DNA of 64,000 nucleotides from Candidatus Hadarchaeota archaeon (lineage in GTDB: Archaea; CAYQAE01; CAYVLA01). The DNA lies in contig CAYVLA010000006.1 of assembly GCA_964452145.1 (NCBI GenBank), positions 16,409 to 80,408 on the forward strand. Direction: 5' to 3'. The notes under the pieces are model-generated. The model searched no databases. It was not told the origin of the DNA and saw only the letters and a program-made list of their open reading frames with translations. A program made the translations under genes and the position numbers. This document shows, piece by piece, positions 19,488 through 28,632 of the stretch; position 1 is the stretch's first letter; the number at the start of each line of letters is the position of its first letter.

Positions 19488-20834
19488 ATGGCAATCGAAA
19501 TGCCCAACGTCCTCTTCGTCTTCGGTGATCAGTGGAGGGCCCAGGCAACGGGTTATGCAGGCGATCCCAACGTCAAGACGCCTAATCTCGACCTGCTTGC
19601 AGGCGAAAGCATCAGCTTCACCAACGCCGTCATGGGCTGCCCAGTCTGCAGCCCAGCCAGGGCCTCCATGATCACGGGTAGGTACCCGCTTACCCATGGG
19701 GTTTTCATGAACGACCTTCACCTTCGCCACGAGGCGGTGTCAATTGCCGATGCCTTCAACGCTGCCGGTTACGACACAGCCTACATTGGCAAATGGCACC
19801 TCGACGGACACGGCCGCTCCACGTTCATCCCACCCGAGAGACGCCAGGGATTCAGCTTCTGGAGGGCAATGGAATGCACCCACAACTACAACGAGTCGTA
19901 CTACTATGCGGATGGACCCACCAAGCTGAAGTGGAATGGCTATGACGTCATGGCACAGACCCAGGAGGCACGGCGGTATCTGGAGGAACACGGATCCGAC
20001 AGGCCGTTTCTGCTCTTCCTGTCATGGGGACCGCCCCACAATCCGTACCACACGGCCCCCGAGGAGTATCGAGCGATGTATCAAGCGGATTCGCTAGAGC
20101 TGAGGCCAAACGTTCCCGAGGAATCCCAGACAACCGCGAGGCGGGATCTGGCAGGTTACTATGCCCACATCTCCGCGATGGATCACTGCATCGGCGTGCT
20201 GACGGAGTCCCTGAAGGCGAACGATCTGGACATGGACACCATACTTGTCTTCACCTCCGACCACGGGGATATGCATGGGTCGCAGGGGTGCTGGAGGAAG
20301 CAGCACCCGTACGACGAGTCCATTCTGGTTCCGTTTCTGCTCCGCTACCCGGCGGAGTTCGGCAGAAAGGGACGGAGGGTGAACACCCCCATCAATGCAC
20401 CGGACATGATGCCAACCCTGCTTGGCCTCTGCGGAGTGGACATCCCCGCAACGGTGGAAGGATCGGATTACTCACCCCTCTTGAGGGGCGAGAAGGACCC
20501 GGGAAGCACTGCGGCGCTGATCGCGGCCTATGCTCCCTTCGGGGAATGGTTGAAGAGGGGCGGTGCGGCCGAGTACAGGGGAATCAGAACTGAGCGCTAC
20601 ACGTATGTCCGGACCCTGAGGAGCCCCTGGCTTCTGTACGACAATGAGAAGGATCCCTATCAGATGATGAACCTCTGCGGGGATCCTGCCTACGCGAAGG
20701 CTCGCGATCAGCTGGAGAGGGCTCTGGGAGAAGCACTCGGGAAGACCCGGGATGCGTTTCTCCCTTCCGAGACCTTGATCAGAAGATACGGAATCGTGGT
20801 CGACAAGTCGGGCACCGTGCCATACACCCAGTAG
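19488..20834 (+). CDS. Cys-type formylglycine sulfatase
   Basis: DQWR, CSPAR (CxPxR), GKWH, PPHNPY and FTSDHG motifs. No signal peptide. Confidence 0.95.
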   Translation: MAIEMPNVLFVFGDQWRAQATGYAGDPNVKTPNLDLLAGESISFTNAVMGCPVCSPARASMITGRYPLTHGVFMNDLHLRHEAVSIADAFNAAGYDTAYIGKWHLDGHGRSTFIPPERRQGFSFWRAMECTHNYNESYYYADGPTKLKWNGYDVMAQTQEARRYLEEHGSDRPFLLFLSWGPPHNPYHTAPEEYRAMYQADSLELRPNVPEESQTTARRDLAGYYAHISAMDHCIGVLTESLKANDLDMDTILVFTSDHGDMHGSQGCWRKQHPYDESILVPFLLRYPAEFGRKGRRVNTPINAPDMMPTLLGLCGVDIPATVEGSDYSPLLRGEKDPGSTAALIAAYAPFGEWLKRGGAAEYRGIRTERYTYVRTLRSPWLLYDNEKDPYQMMNLCGDPAYAKARDQLERALGEALGKTRDAFLPSETLIRRYGIVVDKSGTVPYTQ

Positions 20835-20891
20835 GTAGAACCATGAGACGGCCAGGCCAAGATTTATCTTCAAAGAGAACCGCTGCCCGCC

Positions 20892-22001
20892 ATGCCCGCT
20901 CAGGATTTGACGGTGAGCCTGGCCAGGATCCCGGTACCAGGGGCCCTTGAGGTCGTCTCCCTGGTCTCGCATCCGGGGGGATCCATCTTCGGTGGGGTGA
21001 CCGGGGCCAAAGACCACCTCTTCTTCGAATACGATCCACGGTCGGGGCGCACCCGAGACCTCGGCAATCTCGTGCGCTCGGGCACCCAGATCGTGAGGCG
21101 GAACGGCAAAGCCGTCGAGCAGAAGATCCACAAATCCCTAAGCATAGCCCCAAACGGACTGATAGTCGGCGCCACCGGTCAGAACATCGTCGTCATGGAT
21201 CCCGACTACAGGATGGATGATGACGAGGGAGGCCACGTTTTCTCCTACGACGTAGGGACCGGCAGGTGCATGGACATTTGCATACCGGTGCCACACGAAT
21301 GGATAATCAACTGCACCATATCCCAAGACGCCAGGTATGCCTACGGCATGACCTATCCCCTGAACCACGTCTGGCAGGTGGATCTCAGGACCGGGGAAGG
21401 ACGGACCCTGGGACAGGTCCACGGACAGACTGTCGGCGACAGCGCCTGCAGCCACGAGTCCCTCTGCGATCTGGACGGCAGGCTATATGGCTCGTGCTGG
21501 AGGGGCCAGATATTCAGATATGACCCTGAGGAGGATGAGCTTGAGGAGACGGATGCATGTCTCCCAGGGGGCGACCTGCGAATCGATTCCCTGGCTCTGG
21601 AGAAGGAGACGGGCATGATATTCGGAGGAACTTGGGAGGGGGGCCACCTGTTCCGGCTGGACCCTGGGGACATGTCCGTGGAACTGCTATGTACGCCTCA
21701 CGCCGGCCCCAGGCTTCCCGCCCTCAAGTTCGGGGCAAACGGGATCCTGTACGGAGCCGCGGGAGGTGGCCACCAGTATGGGACGCGCTCGGCCTTCCTT
21801 TTCTCCTACGATCCTCGGTCCCGGCAGATGACGGAGATCGGGGACATCGCGACGCCCGACGGCATCCGGGGAGAGAGGATGCACACGATGGCGATCGATC
21901 GCCACGGCTCCATCTACCTGGGGGAGACGGGCATCACTTCCGGCCAGGCGGGCGAAGTGGGCTTCAACCCCTACGTCTTCATATGCAGTGTTGAGGACTA
22001 G
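20892..22001 (+). CDS. Hypothetical beta-propeller protein
   Basis: Repeated F[E/S/R]YDP / G.IYG.T blades. Co-oriented after the sulfatase. Confidence 0.7.
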   Translation: MPAQDLTVSLARIPVPGALEVVSLVSHPGGSIFGGVTGAKDHLFFEYDPRSGRTRDLGNLVRSGTQIVRRNGKAVEQKIHKSLSIAPNGLIVGATGQNIVVMDPDYRMDDDEGGHVFSYDVGTGRCMDICIPVPHEWIINCTISQDARYAYGMTYPLNHVWQVDLRTGEGRTLGQVHGQTVGDSACSHESLCDLDGRLYGSCWRGQIFRYDPEEDELEETDACLPGGDLRIDSLALEKETGMIFGGTWEGGHLFRLDPGDMSVELLCTPHAGPRLPALKFGANGILYGAAGGGHQYGTRSAFLFSYDPRSRQMTEIGDIATPDGIRGERMHTMAIDRHGSIYLGETGITSGQAGEVGFNPYVFICSVED

Positions 22002-22039
22002 ATGCCCTAGCTGCCACTCCAAGGAGACCATCTGACGCT

Positions 22040-22303
22040 CTAGGCACCCCCGCCCTCAACCTCGATCTCCAGTGACGGGGCCTCTGCCTCCTCTGCGCCG
22101 TCCTCCTCGACCCACCGGCACCAGGCCTCGGCCCACTCGCTCTCCCTCTTCAGTTTTTCCTGATAGTCCTCCATGGAGACGAACTTGGTCCCACAGACGT
22201 TGCATATCCATTCACGATTCCCGTCAATGAAGGCCGGGTTCTTCCCCAAGATGGTTCCCCCGCACCCTATCCACGGACATACCATATTCTCTAACCTAGG
22301 CAT
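22040..22303 (-). CDS. Small zinc-ribbon protein with acidic C-terminus
   Basis: GGTGA RBS 5 nt before ATG 22303. CPWIGC...CNVC motif and an acidic tail (EEDGAEEAEAPSLEIEVE). Confidence 0.7.
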   Translation of the reverse strand: MPRLENMVCPWIGCGGTILGKNPAFIDGNREWICNVCGTKFVSMEDYQEKLKRESEWAEAWCRWVEEDGAEEAEAPSLEIEVEGGGA

Positions 22304-22464
22304 CTCTTTCACCTGCATATCTTCCTATGCGGAGATCGCTCCCTTCACGGGATCTCCTTTTCGGATCATCAGGTCCCTATCGAAGGCCGGGCCCAGTCGG
22401 ACCGGCAAAGAAGACAGGCGGCCTTCCCCCTTGCTTATCTATTGGGATTCATCACTAAAAAACC

Positions 22465-22509
22465 TTACTGACATGATATCACATCACATCATGTTCCATG
22501 TTTCAGTAA
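22465..22509. promoter_or_regulatory. Imperfect inverted repeat in AT-rich divergent promoter region
   Basis: TTACTGA-CATG pairs with CATG-TT-TCAGTAA; an inner CATGAT...ATCATG pair is also present. Confidence 0.45.
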
Positions 22510-22707
22510 ACCCCTCTCTTGGGGCCTACACAGCCCTGGCCCAGATCGCGGCAAGGAGATTGGAAGCAGAAGCCTTGTCTTGCGCGGGGCCTGGCAATGT
22601 CATGCAAGAACCGCCCCGGGTAGTCGAATCCCCCCAAGCAGGACTTCGCTTCGATGCTCGTCAGGCCTTGGAAGAAGATATCAACAGGCAGTTCCCCCAG
22701 CCCACCA

Positions 22708-23433
22708 TTGGCTAGGAAGGAAGCCGCTGACATCAGGCGGATAGTCGCCCAAGTCTGCACGGCGAAGTGTCTGGAAGCATGCCCCTCAGTTTCGGCGGTA
22801 TACCTGTCCGGGAGCTTGGCACGGGGCGATTGGGTTGCGGGCTTCAGCGACGTGGACCTAGTCGTCCTAGGTGAGAGGGTCCATGTGGGCGACGTTCAAC
22901 GACTGAAGAAGCTGTTGGAGGAGACGCTGGGGGGAGTCAGCGTGTCGATCGTGCCGAGGGATCTGGCGGGTGCGGACAGGATCGAAACCTACCTGCTTGC
23001 GTGCGACAGCTCTCTGCTTGTAGGCGAGGACCTATTGGGCCACCCGGCAAGACCGGGTGAAGCCGAGATCCGAGAACACGGCAGGATGCTGCTCAAACAG
23101 CAGATCGAGGACTGGATTCGTTTCAGGGATTCCCGGAAAGATTCAGAACGCAGCGAGGATGCATCCAGCACGGTCTACATGGTGCTGAAGCTTGGCCAAG
23201 CAGCTCTGCTTTCCAGAGGTCGCATATGCTTCGGCTCCAAGGAGATCCTGAACGAATTCCGCCAGCATTTTGCGGGTGATCTGGTCTCCTACGTGAAGGA
23301 AGCATACGAGCTGAGATCACACTGGCCAGATGTCAGGACGGACAGGAAGCGGCTGCAAGCATTCTCCAAGGGTGCGGTGAGGTTCGCCTACCTCCTGAAG
23401 AAGGAACTTGAGCATAAGGAGGTCCTTCCATAG
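22708..23433 (+). CDS. Nucleotidyltransferase (Pol-beta/MNT) with C-terminal HEPN-like helical domain
   Basis: VYLSGSLARGD...SDVDL (GS...DxD) motif. The C-terminal VYMVLKLGQAALLSRG...EILNEF helical region is HEPN-like. TTG start at 22708 chosen. Confidence 0.8.
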   Translation: MARKEAADIRRIVAQVCTAKCLEACPSVSAVYLSGSLARGDWVAGFSDVDLVVLGERVHVGDVQRLKKLLEETLGGVSVSIVPRDLAGADRIETYLLACDSSLLVGEDLLGHPARPGEAEIREHGRMLLKQQIEDWIRFRDSRKDSERSEDASSTVYMVLKLGQAALLSRGRICFGSKEILNEFRQHFAGDLVSYVKEAYELRSHWPDVRTDRKRLQAFSKGAVRFAYLLKKELEHKEVLP

Positions 23434-23653
23434 GATCGGCGGAAACAGGATCCGACCCTGCAGCTAATAGGGACTTGCCGGTTCGCCGGCGATGGCCAGA
23501 CATCGGCCACAAGGCCCGATAGAGCTGGAGGCGATCTGCCGGCTGATGGCACCAAGGCGGGGAGGCAATATTCTTGAACCGCAACACGGCAGACCCAGGG
23601 ATTCTGCACGCAAAATCCAGCCTTGCACCGAAACCAAGGAAGGGAGCCATCTC

Positions 23654-26449
23654 ATGAACGCGGAATACGATGTTGTGGTGGTGGGCGGCGGACTTGCCGG
23701 GGTGGCCTGCGCCCTCGCTTTGGCCCATCGCGGGAAGCAGATCCTATTGGTGGAAAGACGTCCTGCACTCGGCTGGGAGAGCACATGGGCCGGGCAATTG
23801 GACTACGGCGGTATCCGCTCGCCCCTGACTAGGCAGATCCTCCAAGAGGTCGAACGCGTCGGTGGGATGAACGGAAACGTGGTGGACGGTCCCATACTGG
23901 AACTGGTCCTAGATCGACTTGTTCGAAGCGCCGGGATCTCCGTGCTGCTCTATTCCCTTCCCGTCCGCCTTGTGTTCGAGGAGGAGGTTGCACTCGGGGT
24001 GGTCGTCGCCAGCAGGAGCGGGGAACAATTTGTGCGGGGCAGGGCCATCGTCGATGCCACGGAGGAGGCACTCCTCTGGAAGCAGACCGAGCTCATCGCC
24101 GAGGAACTTGGACCGGTTCCTGGGCGACACAGCTTCTACATGAACCACGCCGAAAGGGATCTGGCCCTTCCCCTCGACATGGGAAATGGCATGTACATCC
24201 GGCCCTCAATTTGGGGCGGGGAGGTCCGCGTGGACTATGTCCTAACACAGGCCGACCTCGCGACCGCGCGCAGCGCGTTGCCCGATGCGATACGTCGAGC
24301 ACGTCGGCTAGCTCAGCTCAAGGACGCCCTGGTTTCCCACGTTTCGAATGAGACATTCCCGCTGTCTCCTTCCGTCCGATTCGAGCAAGGCGGCATCGTC
24401 CACCCCGGATTCTGCAATCTGTATGGCTGCGGCATCTGGGCAGCTGAGGCGGAAAACGATCCTGTCGGGCGGCTGCGACTAGGGGAACGTGTGGCGGCAG
24501 CGGTGGAAACCTGCGACCTGCCCACACGCTCCGCCAAGGCGCTGGTTGCCGGATCCGTATCCTCACCTCCTGAGACCAGGACCCATATTCTGGTGGTGGG
24601 GGGTGGAACAGCCGGTGCGATCGCGGCGATCGCAGCTGCTCGAAGCGGCGTCAGTACCACGCTGATCGAGGAGACGACCTCTCTGGGAGGCATCGGCACG
24701 ATGGGTGCGATCCACTACTACTACCATGGGCTCACCGGCGGGATACAGGATGAGGTAGATGCCCGCACATCCCGGATCACCCCGCTGTTCTGCGGCAGGT
24801 GGAATGTGAGCGGCTTTCACCCGGAGGCCAAGAAACAGGTCCTACACGAGATGGCCCAGGAGGCGGGCGTAGAGGTTCGCTACAACACGATCGTGACTGG
24901 CGTGCGGCTCCAAAGCGGCGAGGTGCGGAGACCAGCCCAACCCGGCAAGGAGGTGGTCGTTAGGGACGGCCAAGAACGCCAGAAGTTGCTGGGGGTGCTT
25001 GCGGCCTCACCAAGCGGAGTTGTCGTATACGAGGCTGAGGCCTTCATCGACTGTACAGGTGATGGGGATGTGGCCGCGCTGTCGGGCGCGCCTTTCATTC
25101 TGGGCCGGGAGAAGGACAACATCTGCCACACATACACCCAGGCCGCCGGCAAGCTCGACCCAGAAACCGGAGGCCTGTGTCACCTCAACTTCGATGCGGG
25201 ATATGTTGACCCGACCGATGTCGAGGACATGACCCGGGCCCGCCGGTACGGCCTTCAACTATACTGGCAGGAACCATTCACGAAGGACACCCGGCTTCTC
25301 TACATCGCACCCATGCTCGGGGTCCGCCAGGGTCGGCAGATCATCGGCGAATACCAGCTGACCCTCGCCGACGAAATCGCGGGAAGGCGCTTCGAGGATG
25401 CAGTGTCCTTCATGCAGGCCCACTACGACAACCATGGCTACGACTACGAGAACGAAAGCGACGAGGCCGCCCTCTGGGTTTGGGTTCTTGGCAACTGGAG
25501 GAAGCCCATCGGGTGCGAGGTCCCCTACCGCTGTCTGCTTCCCAGCAACGTTGACGGATTGCTGCTTGCCAGCCGGGCGCTTTCGATGACCTATGACGCC
25601 CACCACGCCTTTCGGATGCAGAGGGACCTCCAACGCGTCGGCGAGGTGGCTGCTCTGGCCGCGGTTCAAGCGGTTAGAGACGGCGTGGAACCAAGGCAGG
25701 TCGACGTGAGGAAGCTACAGTCCGTGCTCAGGGAAAGGGGAATCCTGGATGACCGGTATCGGCCAAAGCCCGCGATATCCGAGCACCAGGTCCAGCAACT
25801 CCCCGGCGACAGCTCTATCGATACCGATCGGGCCGGAGGACTGGCCTGGCTGGCGGTTCGCGGTGGACAGGCCGGTCTTCCCGGGCTGAAGGATGCCTTG
25901 GCATCGCCCGATCCCACGGTGCGCTTCAAGGCGGCCGCGGCGCTTGCACGTCTTGGTCAAGAGCAAGGGTTGTCGGCGCTTCTGAGATGTGTAGAAGAGC
26001 GAGCGGCCGAGGTGCCCGAGGGTATGCGGACCGTCCCTGTGTGGCAAGCAGCGATTCCGTTTCTGGGCATCCCTGGGCATCGCGAGGCGGTCCCGGCGCT
26101 GGTGGAGGTCCTGCGCGATCCCCAGGCTCCCATCGATGCGTTGGTTGCATCGGTGCGCTCGCTGGGAAGAATTGGCGAACCGGGGGCGTTGAAGGCCCTG
26201 CGACGGCTCCTGCATCGTCAGGATCTACCCGCCGAGCGAACCCTTCGTGCGCCGCCTGGCGTGAAGCCTGCGGTGGAGGATGCGCGATGGCAACTTGTCG
26301 TCGCGGCGGCCGAGGCGATGGGAAGGCTCGGCGCTACAGCCAATGAAGTGAGGCATATCCTGCAACACTACCTGGTGGATGAGAGAGCCTACGTTCGCCG
26401 CTATGCTGCTCGCATTCTTCGGGAAGCCGGCATACCCCCCACTCCGTAG
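23654..26449 (+). CDS. FAD-dependent oxidoreductase with duplicated FAD domain and C-terminal HEAT repeats
   Basis: Two Rossmann motifs (VVVVGGGLAG, ILVVGGGTAG), IDCTGDGD and EVPYRCLLP motifs, and HEAT-like repeats (DPTVRFKAAAALARLG, ASVRSLGRIG). Confidence 0.85.
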   Translation: MNAEYDVVVVGGGLAGVACALALAHRGKQILLVERRPALGWESTWAGQLDYGGIRSPLTRQILQEVERVGGMNGNVVDGPILELVLDRLVRSAGISVLLYSLPVRLVFEEEVALGVVVASRSGEQFVRGRAIVDATEEALLWKQTELIAEELGPVPGRHSFYMNHAERDLALPLDMGNGMYIRPSIWGGEVRVDYVLTQADLATARSALPDAIRRARRLAQLKDALVSHVSNETFPLSPSVRFEQGGIVHPGFCNLYGCGIWAAEAENDPVGRLRLGERVAAAVETCDLPTRSAKALVAGSVSSPPETRTHILVVGGGTAGAIAAIAAARSGVSTTLIEETTSLGGIGTMGAIHYYYHGLTGGIQDEVDARTSRITPLFCGRWNVSGFHPEAKKQVLHEMAQEAGVEVRYNTIVTGVRLQSGEVRRPAQPGKEVVVRDGQERQKLLGVLAASPSGVVVYEAEAFIDCTGDGDVAALSGAPFILGREKDNICHTYTQAAGKLDPETGGLCHLNFDAGYVDPTDVEDMTRARRYGLQLYWQEPFTKDTRLLYIAPMLGVRQGRQIIGEYQLTLADEIAGRRFEDAVSFMQAHYDNHGYDYENESDEAALWVWVLGNWRKPIGCEVPYRCLLPSNVDGLLLASRALSMTYDAHHAFRMQRDLQRVGEVAALAAVQAVRDGVEPRQVDVRKLQSVLRERGILDDRYRPKPAISEHQVQQLPGDSSIDTDRAGGLAWLAVRGGQAGLPGLKDALASPDPTVRFKAAAALARLGQEQGLSALLRCVEERAAEVPEGMRTVPVWQAAIPFLGIPGHREAVPALVEVLRDPQAPIDALVASVRSLGRIGEPGALKALRRLLHRQDLPAERTLRAPPGVKPAVEDARWQLVVAAAEAMGRLGATANEVRHILQHYLVDERAYVRRYAARILREAGIPPTP

Positions 26450-27389
26450 ATCCCCGTGCCTATGTCCACTGCGATTAAACGATACGAGATCCCCTTCATG
26501 AGCTCGATCCGCAGGAGAGAGGGATCCGAGACGGCACACATCCGGTGGGGACAGCCCTGGCACAAGATGCAAAGACACGAAGGGGTGTTGGGGCACCCGC
26601 CCGCATTCAACCATACTGATCCGAATCCAGCTTCCTCCTGCGTGCTCTCGCCACGGTTCGATCCTCACAGAAGATGTGAGAGGCCCGCGAGGAAGCCTCG
26701 GATCGGATTGTTGATCTCGGTCTCGCGGAATGGCTGGGCACGATCACATCTGGGTGTACGCAATGATGCCAACGCGATCCTGCGAATCGGGGTGTATGTT
26801 AGGGATGGGCCGTGATGCCTAAGGTCCTCAGGCGGAAACGGGATGCCCTCGTGGAGTTCGAGGTAAGGACCTATCGGAATCACAGGTCTTCTCTTCGCCG
26901 AAGAGACCAAGAGGTTCCACGGGCCCTATCGGGAAGGGAGGGACTGGGCCTCATCCTTGAGGGAGTTCACAGTTGCCTCAGAGCCAACGAGAGGACGCCA
27001 GTGGGTTATGATCTGTCCGATCCCTTTCGACTGCACTTCCTAGCTTGGGTTGGGGTCAGCGGAGTAACAGTAAAGGTCATGCCGGATCGGGAGACGAGGA
27101 TCCTTTCTTGATGTGTTCTTTCGTAGGTGACGATGGTGAAAAGGCCAATTCATCATGGGTCCGATGGACCATCCGTTAACAAAGACGTCGCCTCACTGCA
27201 ACCATTGGCTGAGGCGGCTCTGGTAGACAACACTATGCACAACGGCACACGACGTGCATTGCGAGATACGCAACCCTGCCTAAGGTATTCGAGACGGCGT
27301 CTTGCGAATCTGGCAGGCACTGGGTTGACCCCGGGATAGCATTAGCAAATATGAAGAGCCAATTCTTAACCAGGCGGAGGAATGCAGCG

Positions 27390-27545
27390 GTGGATCTGCT
27401 CGAACCAATTCATCACAACTCAACCTCCCTGATGGTACTGGCCATCGCCGTGGTGGTTGCCTGCCTGTTCCTTGCTGCCTTTCTCCAAGGACGTCAGAGG
27501 AGAAGACGAGATGTCTTCTTCCGGCCCCCGCAAACGCTTCTGTGA
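27390..27545 (+). CDS. Small single-pass membrane protein (about 51 aa)
   Basis: GGAGG upstream of GTG. TM LMVLAIAVVVACLFLAAFL followed by QGRQRRRR. Confidence 0.55.
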   Translation: MDLLEPIHHNSTSLMVLAIAVVVACLFLAAFLQGRQRRRRDVFFRPPQTLL

Positions 27546-28062
27546 ATCCGTCAAGGCGACAGCCTAACGGTGAAGAGTCAACCCGACCCCAGATGCTAGT
27601 CGTAGGGTCCCGCGGATAGGCCCGCGACGGCTATCCTCCACAAGGTCTCAGGTGTTCGTGGCAGGTCGCGTTGCGGAATGTGGCTAGATCACATGGACAA
27701 AGACCGAGGAATCACGGACGACCAGCCCTTCCGGCAGCGTACCGAGTCGAAATTATCGAGAGTCGTGGAGATCGTGCGGAGGAGGTAGTATATCGGCTGA
27801 AGCTGGGCAGGCTGATCGGATCGGACCGGAAAGCGTTGCGAAGGAGGGTCGGGGACCTAGGATGACCCACACCGGTGGCTGTCCTCGGCCTCAGGTGCTT
27901 GCTGTGGGCATCCACCGACCATTCTGGAATGCTTCATGAGACGCCAGCCGTGGATCCACCAAAAGCCCCCTAGCCCTGCGAGAATCCCATCCAAGCTTAC
28001 TGTGCCAAGGAACCCAGATCTAAGCGATGGCCCGACATTGAAGGAGCGGGAGCGACCCATCC

Positions 28063-28263
28063 TTGAGGGACAACGAGTTTGGGCCCAAGAAGAGGAGGCT
28101 TCCCTACAACGAGTACAAGAAAAGGGAGCTGGGGGAGATGCAGAAACGCCTTCTCGACTCCGGCCTCTTAAACGATAGAAAACCAAAGGGATACGGTCTC
28201 TTCACCCGTCTATGTCGCGAGATCTTGGACCTGGCGCATGGAGGACGGTGGCACAGGAAGTAG
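28063..28263 (+). CDS. Small basic hypothetical protein
   Basis: 66-aa ORF (MRDNEFGPKKRRLPYNEYKKRELGEMQKRLLD...) with host-like AAG/GAG/AGG codons. No family recognised. Confidence 0.4.
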   Translation: MRDNEFGPKKRRLPYNEYKKRELGEMQKRLLDSGLLNDRKPKGYGLFTRLCREILDLAHGGRWHRK

Positions 28264-28632
28264 GAGACACCCGCCACGCCAAGAACCCTCTTCTCTGACC
28301 TAGGCAAGGCGATCAAGGGGTTTCCTCCCCAGGGGGAAGATCAGCCGACCGTTGGCTCGCCCCTGCAGCGAGGGGCTGGAAACCTGAAGCTGGCATTGAG
28401 CCACCCCCTGACGAGGTGCGGAATACCTTTGAACCTACCTTCGCGGTGAGGGGCCTAGTTCAGCGCCACGCTGATCGCCTTCCTCTGGAAGCCAGCCTTA
28501 CTTCCAACCTGCAGACGGCCGCTGCCTAGGTCGTGGTCTGGGTCGAGATCGCAGCATTCCTTCGCCCGCAAGGGTTCCTCGACGGTGTCTTGAACGCTCG
28601 ATCGGGGACTTGGGGCCTGAGACCGACTACAG

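Noticed and set aside
26812-27111. 99-aa ORF with faint RelE/YoeB-like wording
   Set aside because: Similarity is only impressionistic, with no RBS and no adjacent antitoxin.
28400-28440. CTGACGA followed by a short stem (hammerhead ribozyme core-like)
   Set aside because: The required GAAA after stem II is absent (TTTGAAC instead).
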